A DNA stretch of 64,000 nt from Candidatus Omnitrophota bacterium (GTDB taxonomy: Bacteria > Omnitrophota > Gorgyraeia > Duberdicusellales > 4484-171), in assembly GCA_021735445.1 (NCBI GenBank), contig JAIPHA010000003.1:903-64902 (forward strand). The letters are read 5' to 3'. A program made the translations under genes and the position numbers. Positions 18,581 to 27,334 of this stretch are shown piece by piece; the first letter of the stretch is position 1, and each line of letters starts with the position of its first letter. The notes beneath the pieces were generated by a model, which worked only from the letters and a program-made list of their open reading frames with translations, was not told the origin of the DNA and did not search any database.

Positions 18581-19805
18581 AAATATCGATAGCCTGCGAA
18601 AAATAATTAAGAAAAGAAGAGTCCGTAGAGATAGTGTTGATCTTAAAGTTTCTAAGATTATAGATAAAGTAAAGGACTGCGGGGATAAGGCGCTAATTGA
18701 CTACACCAAAAAGTTCGATAAAGTAAAAATATCCGCTAAAAATATTCAAGTTAGCGAATCGGAGATAAGCGCGGCTTTTGGAGACTTAAATTCATCGCTT
18801 ATCTCGAGTTTTAAGGTGGCTATTGAAAATATTACTAAATTCTATAAGAGCCAAATTCCTAAAACCAAAAGAGTAAAGGACCCAAATGGCAAAAAGCTTA
18901 TTAGCCGCTATATTCCTTTAGCCAGGGTCGGAGTTTATATCCCGGCCGGGACCGCTCCTTTGGTTTCTTCGGTCTATATGTCTGTAATCCCAGCTTTGGT
19001 AGCTGGTGTTGGTGAAGTTGTTTTAGTCTCTCCTCCTGATCAGGAAGGAAGAGTTAACCCTTTTATTTTAGCTATTGCTTCTCTTTTAAAAATAAAAAAA
19101 ATATATCGAGCCGGTGGGGCTCAAGCTATTGCAGCTATGGCTTACGGCACAGAAACCATTCAAAGAGTCGATAAAATTATCGGGCCGGGGAATGAATATG
19201 TGACTGAGGCAAAAAGACAGGTTTTTGGCCAGGTAGATATCGATATGTTGGCCGGCCCCTCTGAGGTTGTGGTGGTTGCCTCCAGCAATTCAAATGTAGA
19301 TTATATAATTGCTGATTTAGAAGCCCAGATAGAGCACCATAAGGGCTTAGGTATTGTGGTTACGAATTCAAAACGAATTATCAGGGCTTTGCGCCGGAGT
19401 AAAGTCAAAGGGTATGCCTTGCGGGTGAGGAATTTAGATAAGGCGGCCCAGATTGTAAATGAAATTGCTCCCGAGCATCTAGCCATTCTGACTAAAAAGC
19501 CACATGCTTTGGTTTCAAAAATTAAAAATGCCGGAGCCATATTTTTAGGAGATTATAGTCCGGTTGCATTAGGTGATTATACCGCTGGCCCTTCACATGT
19601 TTTGCCGACCGGAGGAAGCAGCCGGTTTTTTTCTACACTCTCAGTTAAAGATTTTTTAAAAGAAAATCACATTATTCGCTATACAAAAAAGGCTGTGTTA
19701 GAGGAGTATGAAATCTTAGAAAAAATTGCCGGTTTAGAAGGTATGAAGAAACATATTGAGAGCGTGCGCAAGCGGATAGAAAACGAGCTAAACAAAGGAG
19801 CATAA
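18567..19805 (+). CDS. hisD: Histidinol dehydrogenase
   Basis: 412 aa with the GPGNEYV, AGPSE and IAPEHL motifs. Confidence 0.95.
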   Translation: MRVIRNIDSLRKIIKKRRVRRDSVDLKVSKIIDKVKDCGDKALIDYTKKFDKVKISAKNIQVSESEISAAFGDLNSSLISSFKVAIENITKFYKSQIPKTKRVKDPNGKKLISRYIPLARVGVYIPAGTAPLVSSVYMSVIPALVAGVGEVVLVSPPDQEGRVNPFILAIASLLKIKKIYRAGGAQAIAAMAYGTETIQRVDKIIGPGNEYVTEAKRQVFGQVDIDMLAGPSEVVVVASSNSNVDYIIADLEAQIEHHKGLGIVVTNSKRIIRALRRSKVKGYALRVRNLDKAAQIVNEIAPEHLAILTKKPHALVSKIKNAGAIFLGDYSPVALGDYTAGPSHVLPTGGSSRFFSTLSVKDFLKENHIIRYTKKAVLEEYEILEKIAGLEGMKKHIESVRKRIENELNKGA

Positions 19806-20434
19806 TGTTTAATAAAAAAAGGCAAACGCAATTACAAAGAAAAACCAATGAAGTGGATATCCGGGGCCGATTTAGTTTAGAGGGAGCAGGAAATGCTAAA
19901 ATAGACACCGGTTTTGAGCCATTAAACCATTTACTTGCTTTGTTTGCTTTTCATGGTTTTTTTGATCTAGAGCTTAAAGCTGAGGGTGACCTTCAGCATC
20001 ATATAATTGAGGATATTGGGATCGCCTTAGGCAAAGGCTTAAAAGAATCGTTAGGAGATAAACAAGGGATAAATAGGTATGGCAGTTTTTCTGTTACTAT
20101 GGATAAAGTGGTAGTCGAAGCCAATCTTGATATTAGCGGCAGGCCTTCTTTATTGAAAAAAGTATCTTTTGGGGATAAAGAGATGGTCGATGCTTTGTTG
20201 GCCAATAGCAGATTTGATGATACAAAATTTGGTTTTAGCCATGCAGAAGAGTTTCTGGAAGCCTTTATCCAGCATTCGGGGCTAAGCCTGGTTTATATAA
20301 TTAAATCCGGTGAAGGGGATCTGCATCATATACTTGAAGCTTTATTTAAGGCTTTAGGTAAATCTTTAGATCAAGCTACTCAAGTTGATTCACGCCGCCG
20401 TGGTATCCCCTCAACTAAAGGAATTATTGATTAA
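19805..20434 (+). CDS. hisB: Imidazoleglycerol-phosphate dehydratase
   Basis: GFFDLELKAEGDLQHHIIEDIGIALG and HHILEALFKALG (both His-rich IGPD motifs). Confidence 0.92.
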   Translation: MFNKKRQTQLQRKTNEVDIRGRFSLEGAGNAKIDTGFEPLNHLLALFAFHGFFDLELKAEGDLQHHIIEDIGIALGKGLKESLGDKQGINRYGSFSVTMDKVVVEANLDISGRPSLLKKVSFGDKEMVDALLANSRFDDTKFGFSHAEEFLEAFIQHSGLSLVYIIKSGEGDLHHILEALFKALGKSLDQATQVDSRRRGIPSTKGIID

Positions 20435-20437
20435 AAA

Positions 20438-20451
20438 GTCCAAAGTCCTAT
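20438..20451. repeat. Heptamer pair gtccaaa gtcctat at the left edge of the hisB-hisH insert
   Basis: Read directly. The inverted partner gactttagac lies at 20792-20801 (reverse complement gtctaaagtc). Confidence 0.65.
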
Positions 20452-20491
20452 GTTGGATGTATAATTCAGTAGATGTGTTTACAAATACTCA

Positions 20492-20700
20492 AGAAACAAA
20501 ATTTTTTCGCACTGGTATGATTTTTTCTCTAAGTTTTAGCTGGAAACACAGAAAAATGCCTAAAAATCTCCTCCCAGCGCTTCGCGGCTCGTCGATGCTT
20601 CGATAATACTCAGCATCGACCCTGAGCGAAGTCGAATGGGTCGATTTTTTTAACGGCATTTTACTGTTAAAATCATAGAGCGCTCAAAAATTTGTTTTTT
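20492..20700. repeat. Long imperfect palindrome (~210 nt; MITE-like insert or structured RNA) between hisB and hisH
   Basis: Nested inverted repeats: 20492-20512 with 20678-20697, 20549-20568 with 20643-20666, cttcgc 20580-85 with gcgaag 20626-31, and tcgatgct 20592-99 with agcatcga 20612-19. Confidence 0.7.
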
Positions 20701-20791
20701 ATAACTTCGTTTCTTTTGTTTGTCAACATTAGCTGTGAATAGTACATGTTGGAAAAATAATTAAGAAAGTTTTTATAAAATATAAAAAGAT

Positions 20792-20801
20792 GACTTTAGA
20801 C
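20792..20801. repeat. Inverted heptamer-family motif gactttagac at the right edge of the hisB-hisH insert
   Basis: The reverse complement gtctaaagtc matches gtccaaagtc at 20438-20447 in 9 of 10 positions. Confidence 0.6.
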
Positions 20802-20809
20802 TAAGTATT

Positions 20810-21442
20810 ATGATAGTAATTATTGACTATGGGATGGGTAATTTAGAAAGCGTAAAAAATGCTGTTTTATTTTTGGGGAAGGAAGCAGTTGTTACCGCTT
20901 CACCCGAAAGGCTACAATCTGCCAAAAAAATAATTTTTCCCGGGGTGGGTCATTTTGCCCAAGCCGTCAAGCAGTTAGAATCAAGAAGGTTGATTGATCC
21001 TCTAAAGGAAAAGATAAAAGAGGGAGTGCCTTTTTTGGGGATTTGTTTAGGGATGCATCTGTTGTTTGAAAAAAGCAGTGAAGCGCAAGGTGTTTCGGGC
21101 CTGGGGGTTATAAAAGGAAAAGTATCAAGATTTGACGATAACGGCTTGATTGTACCGCATATGGGTTGGAATCAAATTAAAAAAGTCCAAAGTCCAAAGT
21201 CCAAAGTCCAAAGTCAAGATGAAATGGTAGATTTGTTTGAAGGGATAGAAGATGGCAGTTATTTTTATTTTGCTCACTCTTATTTTTGCCAACCCCGCGA
21301 GAAAGTTGCCTTAGCGACTACCGATTACGGCCAAGAGTTTGTTTCTGCCCTGGGGAAGAAAAATATTTGGGGGATTCAGTTCCATCCGGAGAAAAGCCAA
21401 AAAAAAGGCTTAAAAGTGTTAGAAAATTTTTTAAAGGCTTAG
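20810..21442 (+). CDS. hisH: Imidazole glycerol phosphate synthase, glutamine amidotransferase subunit
   Basis: Class I GATase triad context (GICLGMHLL, PHMGWN, FHPEKS). It contains a ~10-aa insertion encoded by a heptamer array. Confidence 0.92.
   Translation: MIVIIDYGMGNLESVKNAVLFLGKEAVVTASPERLQSAKKIIFPGVGHFAQAVKQLESRRLIDPLKEKIKEGVPFLGICLGMHLLFEKSSEAQGVSGLGVIKGKVSRFDDNGLIVPHMGWNQIKKVQSPKSKVQSQDEMVDLFEGIEDGSYFYFAHSYFCQPREKVALATTDYGQEFVSALGKKNIWGIQFHPEKSQKKGLKVLENFLKA
21185..21215 (+). repeat. Perfect tandem (GTCCAAA)x4 plus gtc inside the hisH coding sequence
   Basis: gtccaaagtccaaagtccaaagtccaaagtc read directly; translated in frame as VQSPKSKVQS. Confidence 0.95.
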
Positions 21443-21453
21443 GACTAGAAAAA

Positions 21454-22164
21454 ATGATAATAATTCCCGCTATTGATTTATATCAAAAAAAAGTAGTAAG
21501 ATTGACTAAAGGAAATAAATCTGACTGTAAGGTTTACGGCCGGGATCCGGTTTCTTTTGCAAAAAAATGGCAGCAAAAAGGGGCCGGTTGGATTCATTTG
21601 GTAGACTTGTCTGCTGCTTTTTCTGAAGGAGATAACAAAGATATTATAGCAAATATTATTTCTGAGCTAAGCATCCCGGTTGAGGTCGGCGGCGGGATAA
21701 GGAGCCTGGATAGAGTAAGAGAACTTCTTGCGATTGGAGTAGAAAGGCTGATTATCGGGACCAAGGCGGTTGATCCCGGTTTTTTAAAAAAAGCCCTAAA
21801 AATCGGCGGTTCTAAAATTGCAGTTGCTGTAGATGAATCAGAAGGAAGGTTGGCGATAAAAGGCTGGCAAAAAAACACTGATTTACCAATAATGCAATAT
21901 TTAAAATATTTAAAAGACCAGGGAGTGAGTTGGGTTATCTATACCGATATCTCCAGAGACGGTACTCTGGAAGGTTTTAATTTAAGTAGAATAAAAGAAC
22001 TTTCAGAGGCCAGCCAATTTAATTTGATTTTTTCCGGAGGGGTTTCGTCTCTCGAAGATATAAAAAAGCTAAAAAAAATTGCTCCGCAAGCAGCCGGCGT
22101 AATCGTGGGAAAAGCTTTATATGAGCAAAATTTTAGTTTGGAGCAGGCAATTGCCTGCCAATAG
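21454..22164 (+). CDS. hisA: ProFAR isomerase HisA
   Basis: MIIIPAIDLYQKKVVRL start, VGGGIRS and GVIVGKALY motifs. The ORF-track start at 21286 is an upstream extension overlapping hisH. Confidence 0.9.
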   Translation: MIIIPAIDLYQKKVVRLTKGNKSDCKVYGRDPVSFAKKWQQKGAGWIHLVDLSAAFSEGDNKDIIANIISELSIPVEVGGGIRSLDRVRELLAIGVERLIIGTKAVDPGFLKKALKIGGSKIAVAVDESEGRLAIKGWQKNTDLPIMQYLKYLKDQGVSWVIYTDISRDGTLEGFNLSRIKELSEASQFNLIFSGGVSSLEDIKKLKKIAPQAAGVIVGKALYEQNFSLEQAIACQ

Positions 22165-22182
22165 GTAAAATCTAAGTTTAGC

Positions 22183-22210
22183 TTGACAAGACTCTAAAAT
22201 ATGGTATAAA
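22183..22210 (+). promoter_or_regulatory. Sigma-70-type promoter upstream of rplM (TTGACA-16 nt-TATAAA)
   Basis: TTGACA at 22183-22188 and TATAAA at 22205-22210. Only 8 nt separate the -10 hexamer from the rplM ATG, and there is no SD sequence. Confidence 0.5.
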
Positions 22211-22218
22211 AAGTGCCT

Positions 22219-22650
22219 ATGCGTAAGACTAAGTTTTATAAAAAAGATGATAAAGATTGGGTTTTAATTAATGCTCAAGGAAAAATTTTGGGCCGTCTGG
22301 CTACCCGTATCGCTAAAATATTACAAGGCAAGCACAAAGCAGATTATACTCCTAATTCTATTTGCGGGGATAAAGTAGTTGTTATTAACGCTAAGAAGAT
22401 AAAGGTAACCGGCAAAAAAGAGAAAGATAAAAAATATGATAAATATTCAGGTTATCCCGGCGGCAGGAAGGAAATCAGCCTAGAGGAACTATCGGAAAAG
22501 AATCCCAGCAAAGTTTTATTTTATGCAGTGGGGGGGATGTTGCCTAAGAATTTATTAAGAAAAAATATGCTCAGATCTCTAAAGATTTATCCTGACTCTA
22601 ACCATGAACAAACAGCTCAACAACCAAAAGAGATTTATCCTGTAAAATAA
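22219..22650 (+). CDS. rplM: 50S ribosomal protein L13
   Basis: WVLINAQGKILGRLATRIAKILQGKHK, typical of L13. ATG at 22219 is preferred over GTG at 22213. Confidence 0.95.
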   Translation: MRKTKFYKKDDKDWVLINAQGKILGRLATRIAKILQGKHKADYTPNSICGDKVVVINAKKIKVTGKKEKDKKYDKYSGYPGGRKEISLEELSEKNPSKVLFYAVGGMLPKNLLRKNMLRSLKIYPDSNHEQTAQQPKEIYPVK

Positions 22651-22670
22651 TTTTTAAAAATAAGGTTAAG

Positions 22671-23075
22671 ATGGAAAAAAAAGAACAAAAAAAATATAGC
22701 GCTACCGGCAGGCGGAAGGAGTCGGTAGCAAGAGTTAAATTAATACCGGAAGCGACCGGTGCTATGAAAGTAAACGGTAAAGAAATAGATAGCTATTTTA
22801 CTACTGTTGATAGCCGGAATCAGGCAAAAAGGCCTTTAATAGCAACAGAGCTGGATAAAAAAGTAGACGTAGAAGCAAAGGTAACCGGCGGAGGCTTAAG
22901 CGGCCAGGCTGGTTCGATATCTTTAGGGATAGCCCGTTGTTTAATTGATTGGAGGCCTGAGTTGAAGGCTGTTTTAAAAGAACAAAGTTTTCTTACCCGC
23001 GACCCACGCGCAAAAGAACGCAAGAAATATGGCCGTAAAGGCGCCCGCAAAAGATTTCAGTGGACAAAACGATAA
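22671..23075 (+). CDS. rpsI: 30S ribosomal protein S9
   Basis: GGGLSGQAGSISLGIARCL and the C-terminal KKYGRKGARKRFQWTKR. Confidence 0.95.
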   Translation: MEKKEQKKYSATGRRKESVARVKLIPEATGAMKVNGKEIDSYFTTVDSRNQAKRPLIATELDKKVDVEAKVTGGGLSGQAGSISLGIARCLIDWRPELKAVLKEQSFLTRDPRAKERKKYGRKGARKRFQWTKR

Positions 23076-23100
23076 TCTTTCCTCTCAAAACGCAAAGTAC

Positions 23101-23129
23101 TTGACAACTTTTACCTTGTGAGTTAGAGT
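23101..23129 (+). promoter_or_regulatory. Sigma-70-type promoter upstream of ribBA (TTGACA-17 nt-TAGAGT)
   Basis: TTGACA at 23101-23106 and TAGAGT at 23124-23129. Only 10 nt separate the -10 hexamer from the ATG, and there is no SD sequence. Confidence 0.45.
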
Positions 23130-23139
23130 ATTTGACTCT

Positions 23140-24327
23140 ATGACTAATACGATTGAAGAAATTATTGAAGATATTAAAAAAGGCAAACCGGTGATTGTGG
23201 TTGATGATGAATCCCGCGAGAACGAAGGGGATATTGTCATTGCAGCTCAATTTGCGACTCCTGAGATTATTAATTTTATGATCAAGGAGGCAAGAGGCTT
23301 GGTGTGTGTGCCTTTGACGAAACAACGGATAGCCGAACTTCAGCTGAATCCGATGGCGGATAAAGGTTCGTCGGATAAGTTCGAAACTGCCTGGCGGATT
23401 TCAGTGGATGCAAAGGCGGGAGTTACAACCGGAATTTCCGCTTATGACCGGGCCAGGACAATTAAGGTATTAATCGATCCAAAAAGCAATCCTGATTCTT
23501 TTAACAAACCCGGACATCTTTTTCCGCTTGAAGCTCAGGATGGAGGGGTTTTAGTTAGAGCAGGGCATACCGAAGCTGCAGTTGACCTTGCAAGGTCAGC
23601 CGGCCTTAATCCGGCCGGAGTTATTTGTGAGATAATCAAAGCAGATGGATCGATGGCAAGGTTCCCTGATTTAGTTGAGTTTTCCAGGAAGTACGAATTA
23701 AAGATTTGTACTATTGCTTCCCTGATTGAATATCGAAGGAGGAAGGAAAAACTGGTTAGTTTGCTGGAAAAAGTAAACCTCCCTACTTCCTATGGAGATT
23801 TTTCTTTATTTCTCTATCAGTCCAGGATAGATAAAAGCCAACATCTTGCTTTGACAAAAGGGTTAAAAAAAGATAAACCTACTCTGGTGCGGGTTCATTC
23901 GGAATGCTTGACCGGAGATGTGCTTTCTTCATTACGCTGCGATTGCGGAAATCAACTTAATACATCATTAAAGATGATTGGTGAGTCCGGGGGTGTACTT
24001 TTATATATGCGCCAAGAAGGCAGGGGAATTGGTTTAGCTAATAAGATCAGGGCTTATAAACTACAAGAGGAAGGCAAAGATACGGTTGAAGCTAATACTG
24101 ATTTAGGATTTGAGCCTGATTTGCGGGATTATGGAATTGGGGCTCAAATTCTTGAGGATTTAGGAGTTAAAAAGATACGGCTTTTGACGAATAATCCGCG
24201 AAAAATCGTAGGCCTTGAAGGCTATGGTTTAGAGATAGCCGAAAGAGTGCCGATGAAAATAAAATCTTGCAAAGATAACAGCCATTATTTAAATACAAAA
24301 AAAGATAAATTAGACCATATCTTGTGA
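23140..24327 (+). CDS. ribBA: Bifunctional 3,4-dihydroxy-2-butanone-4-phosphate synthase / GTP cyclohydrolase II
   Basis: [10 protein letters not shown] and GHTEAAVDL (RibB half); VHSECLTGD...CDCG and RQEGRGIGL (RibA half). Confidence 0.95.
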   Translation: MTNTIEEIIEDIKKGKPVIVVDDESRENEGDIVIAAQFATPEIINFMIKEARGLVCVPLTKQRIAELQLNPMADKGSSDKFETAWRISVDAKAGVTTGISAYDRARTIKVLIDPKSNPDSFNKPGHLFPLEAQDGGVLVRAGHTEAAVDLARSAGLNPAGVICEIIKADGSMARFPDLVEFSRKYELKICTIASLIEYRRRKEKLVSLLEKVNLPTSYGDFSLFLYQSRIDKSQHLALTKGLKKDKPTLVRVHSECLTGDVLSSLRCDCGNQLNTSLKMIGESGGVLLYMRQEGRGIGLANKIRAYKLQEEGKDTVEANTDLGFEPDLRDYGIGAQILEDLGVKKIRLLTNNPRKIVGLEGYGLEIAERVPMKIKSCKDNSHYLNTKKDKLDHIL

Positions 24328-24340
24328 TATAATTTTGTTT

Positions 24341-24380
24341 GTTAAGGTACTTTGCTAAATAAAATCATTTTCAATGGAGG
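24341..24380 (+). promoter_or_regulatory. 40-nt conserved leader/RBS block, copy 2 (upstream of ribH)
   Basis: gttaaggtactttgctaaataaaatcattttcaatggagg matches 12935-12974 at 37 of 40 positions. Confidence 0.7.
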
Positions 24381-24385
24381 GGGCT

Positions 24386-24844
24386 ATGAAACAACTCAAA
24401 GGAAAATTTGACGGTAGAGGTAAAAAAATAGCAATAGTGGTTTCTCGTTTTAATGAAGTAATCAGCAAGCGGCTGCTGGAAGGCTGTATGGATACTTTAA
24501 AAAAATGCGGCACAGATGATAAAAATATTTCTCTCTACTGGTCTCCGGGGTCTTTTGAAATTCCCCAAATTTTATCAAAATTACAGGTCAACAAATTTGA
24601 TGCAGTAATAACCTTAGGCGCGGTTATAAGGGGCGATACTCCTCATTTTGAATATATATCATCCGAGGTAACAAAAGGTATAGCTAAAATAGCCCAAGAC
24701 AAAAAAATTCCTATAGCCTTTGGAATAATTACAGCTGATACTATCGAACAGGCAACGGAAAGATCCGGGACCAAACAAGGGAATAAAGGTTCTGATGCAG
24801 CTTTTTCAGCTCTTGAAATGGCAAATTTATACAGCCAACTATAA
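24386..24844 (+). CDS. ribH: 6,7-dimethyl-8-ribityllumazine synthase
   Basis: IAIVVSRFNE, PGSFEIP and GAVIRGDTPHFEY motifs. The ATG at 24386 follows the GGAGGG RBS. Confidence 0.95.
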   Translation: MKQLKGKFDGRGKKIAIVVSRFNEVISKRLLEGCMDTLKKCGTDDKNISLYWSPGSFEIPQILSKLQVNKFDAVITLGAVIRGDTPHFEYISSEVTKGIAKIAQDKKIPIAFGIITADTIEQATERSGTKQGNKGSDAAFSALEMANLYSQL

Positions 24845-24847
24845 AAA

Positions 24848-24878
24848 GTCCTAGGTCCAACGTCCAATGTCCAAAGTC
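24848..24878. repeat. Heptamer array gtcctag gtccaac gtccaat gtccaaa gtc (left arm)
   Basis: The 7-nt register was read directly. The inverted partner array lies at 24915-24945 across an AT-only 36-nt spacer. Confidence 0.85.
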
Positions 24879-24914
24879 AAAAAATAATCTTTATTATTTA
24901 TTTTTAAAAATAAT

Positions 24915-24945
24915 GACTTAGGACTTCGGACATAAGACTATGGAC
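24915..24945. repeat. Inverted heptamer array gac ttaggac ttcggac ataagac tatggac (right arm)
   Basis: The reverse complement reads gtccata gtcttat gtccgaa gtcctaa gtc, the same GTCNNNN register as the left arm. Confidence 0.85.
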
Positions 24946-24970
24946 TAGTTAATTAACTTTCGTTCTAAAT

Positions 24971-25387
24971 ATGAGATCTCGATCCAAAGCACGTGATATT
25001 GCTCTCTGCCTCCTTTACCAGATAGAGTTATCTAAAATCACTCCCCAGGATGCCCTCCTAAGCAGCTTAGCTGCAACTATAGAAGATGAGTCAATAGTTA
25101 TTTTTTTTTCCCGATTAATTAAAGGAGTAGACTCTAATAAAGGGAAAATCGATTCTATAATCAAAAAATATGCAAAAAATTGGGAGATTAGCCGAATGGC
25201 AGTTATCGATAGAAATATTTTGAGGTTAGCAGTTTTTGAGCTATTTTTTTTAGACGATATCCCTCCCAAAGTTTCAATCAATGAAGGAATTGAATTAGCC
25301 AAGCGTTATGGTGATTTGGATTCAGCCCGTTTTGTAAATGGTATTTTAGATAAGATCTATAAAACCGAAAAATCAATAAAAAAATAA
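24971..25387 (+). CDS. nusB: Transcription antitermination factor NusB
   Basis: 138 aa with the ARDIALCLLYQ start and the AVIDRNILRLAVFEL / INEGIELAKRYG motifs; rib-linked, as in many bacteria. Confidence 0.9.
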   Translation: MRSRSKARDIALCLLYQIELSKITPQDALLSSLAATIEDESIVIFFSRLIKGVDSNKGKIDSIIKKYAKNWEISRMAVIDRNILRLAVFELFFLDDIPPKVSINEGIELAKRYGDLDSARFVNGILDKIYKTEKSIKK

Positions 25388-25397
25388 GAGTTAATAA

Positions 25398-26264
25398 GTG
25401 GGTAAAAAATCAAAAAAAAGATGTGATTTGCATTTGCACTCCTTTTATTCGGACGGGTCTCTTTCTCCTCAAGAATTAGTCAAGGAAGCCTTAAGAAAAG
25501 AAGTATTTTGTATATCTATAACTGATCACGACAGCATTAAAGCTATTAAAGAGCTTAAAGGCAAAGGCTATCCGGATTGCTTAAAGCTGATAGAAGGGGT
25601 TGAGTTGACAGCGTCTTATCAGGATAATGAGCTCCATATTTTAGGCTATTTAATAGATAGTGAAAATGATTATTTAAATAAAGGGCTGGCAGAGGCTTAT
25701 CAGGTTAGGCAGACTAGGTTTAGGGAGATGTCAGAAAGATTAGCTTTGCAAGGGGTAAGAATTGATAAAGAAAGCTTATTTGAAGATATAAAAAATATTA
25801 CGCCAACCCGGCTGCATCTGGCCGAATACCTCCTTAAAACAAGGCAGGTTAATTCTATCTATGAGGCTTTTAAAAGGTATCTTAATCCTAAGAAGCCCGG
25901 CTATGTTTGCAGAAGCCGGTTTGGCCTAAAAGAGGCCATAGATTTTATTCATCGTTGCCGGGGCTTAGCTTTTTTAGCCCATCCTCATAAGTTAGCAAAT
26001 CAAGATTGGATACCTAGATGCGTATCCTTTGGCATAGATGGTTTTGAAGTTTCTTATCCTACGATGAGCAGTCAGGAGCAGTCTTTTTATAAAAAATACG
26101 CTTTGGAAAACAAACTTTTATTAAGCGGAGGATCTGACTTTCATCAATTCTTTAATAAATCCCGTGAAATCGGATCTGTGGATGTCCCTTATCAGTGGGT
26201 TTTAGAAATGGAGAAAAAAAGGAGAAAAATAATCGAATCAAAAGAAGCTGTGAAGATAAAATGA
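25398..26264 (+). CDS. PHP-domain phosphoesterase (TrpH/YciV-like)
   Basis: CDLHLHSFYSDGS metal-binding start, ITDHDS, AHP and GSDFH motifs. GTG start. Confidence 0.8.
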   Translation: MGKKSKKRCDLHLHSFYSDGSLSPQELVKEALRKEVFCISITDHDSIKAIKELKGKGYPDCLKLIEGVELTASYQDNELHILGYLIDSENDYLNKGLAEAYQVRQTRFREMSERLALQGVRIDKESLFEDIKNITPTRLHLAEYLLKTRQVNSIYEAFKRYLNPKKPGYVCRSRFGLKEAIDFIHRCRGLAFLAHPHKLANQDWIPRCVSFGIDGFEVSYPTMSSQEQSFYKKYALENKLLLSGGSDFHQFFNKSREIGSVDVPYQWVLEMEKKRRKIIESKEAVKIK

Positions 26265-27334
26265 AAGAACGTGATATCTCTTTTATGCAAAAGGCTATAA
26301 GGCTAGCCAGGAAAGGGGCAGGGAGCGTTTCTCCCAATCCTTTAGTCGGGGCGGTAGTTGTTAAAAATAATAAAATAATCTCAGAGGGTTTTCACAGGAA
26401 AGCCGGTTTGGCCCACGGGGAAGCTGAGGCTTTAGATAAGGCGGGTCTTTATGCCCAGAAAGCGACTTTGTACGTCAATCTTGAGCCATGTTGCTATTTT
26501 GGCAGAACGCCGCCTTGTGTGGATAAGATAATTAAAGCTGGCATAAAGAGAGTAGTTATTGGGACAAAAGACCCTAATCCTAAAGTTGACGGACGGTCTA
26601 TTAGAAAATTAAGAGACCACAAAATAGAGGTAACTAACGGTGTTTGCCGAGAAGAGGCAAAAAAAATAAATGAAGTTTTTTTTAAAAATATGAAAGAAAG
26701 GCTCCCTTTTGTTGTTGCTAAAACAGCACAAACTCTGGATGGAAAAATCGCAACCAGCTTAGGCCAGTCAAAATGGATAACTACAGATAAATCTAGAAAA
26801 TTTTCTCGTAAACTCCGCGATAGGTATGATGCGGTTTTAATAGGGGCAAAAACCCTGCGGGAGGATAACCCGAAACTTAACGGTTTGAAAAAGAAACCTT
26901 ATAAAGTTATAATTTCATCTAGCTTGGATCTGCCTAAAAATTCATATATTTTAAAAAATTTTGCCGATAAAACCATTATTTTTACTTTATCAAAATTAAA
27001 GACAAAAGGTGATTTGCCCGGCCCGGTAAAAATTTTTACTTTAAAGAAAATTAAAAAAGGCATTTCTTTAAAGCAAGTTTTAAAAAAATTATATTCTTAT
27101 GGAATTATGTCTGTGTTTGTCGAGGGAGGCTCTTATACTCTGGGTAGATTTTTTGAGGAAAAAATGGTTGATAAAGTTTATTTTTTTATCGCCCCTAAGA
27201 TTTGCGGCGGAAAAAATTCTATAACTTCGGTGGGGGCAACCGGAGTTAAAAAAATCGAAAAGTGCCTTAGAATTCAAAAATTAAAAATAAAGAAGATAGG
27301 CGAAGACATCCTTATTCGGGGGTATTTACGGTAA
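26261..27334 (+). CDS. ribD: Bifunctional riboflavin biosynthesis deaminase/reductase RibD
   Basis: HGEAEAL...PCCYFGRTPPC deaminase zinc motif plus the reductase half. ATG at 26261 overlaps the PHP stop (ATGA); the ORF-track start at 26195 is an extension. Confidence 0.92.
   Translation: MKERDISFMQKAIRLARKGAGSVSPNPLVGAVVVKNNKIISEGFHRKAGLAHGEAEALDKAGLYAQKATLYVNLEPCCYFGRTPPCVDKIIKAGIKRVVIGTKDPNPKVDGRSIRKLRDHKIEVTNGVCREEAKKINEVFFKNMKERLPFVVAKTAQTLDGKIATSLGQSKWITTDKSRKFSRKLRDRYDAVLIGAKTLREDNPKLNGLKKKPYKVIISSSLDLPKNSYILKNFADKTIIFTLSKLKTKGDLPGPVKIFTLKKIKKGISLKQVLKKLYSYGIMSVFVEGGSYTLGRFFEEKMVDKVYFFIAPKICGGKNSITSVGATGVKKIEKCLRIQKLKIKKIGEDILIRGYLR

Noticed and set aside
20385-20606. 73-aa ORF in the hisB-hisH spacer
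   Set aside because: It starts inside hisB in another frame and runs through the palindromic insert. There is no RBS and the composition is low-complexity. The region is better explained as a non-coding inverted-repeat element.
21185-21215. Considered whether the tandem/inverted short repeats are CRISPR arrays
   Set aside because: The units are 7 nt with no spacers, each array is under 50 nt, and no cas genes are present. They are not CRISPR.
21286-21453. N-terminal 56-codon extension of hisA given in the track
   Set aside because: The extension overlaps the hisH 3' end in another frame. The conserved HisA N-terminus (MIIIPAIDL) begins at the ATG at 21454.
23076-23139. Looked for an FMN riboswitch upstream of ribBA (and before ribH and ribD)
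   Set aside because: The spacer is only 64 nt and is occupied by a promoter-like TTGACA/TAGAGT pair. An RFN element needs >120 nt, and none of its conserved blocks was seen.
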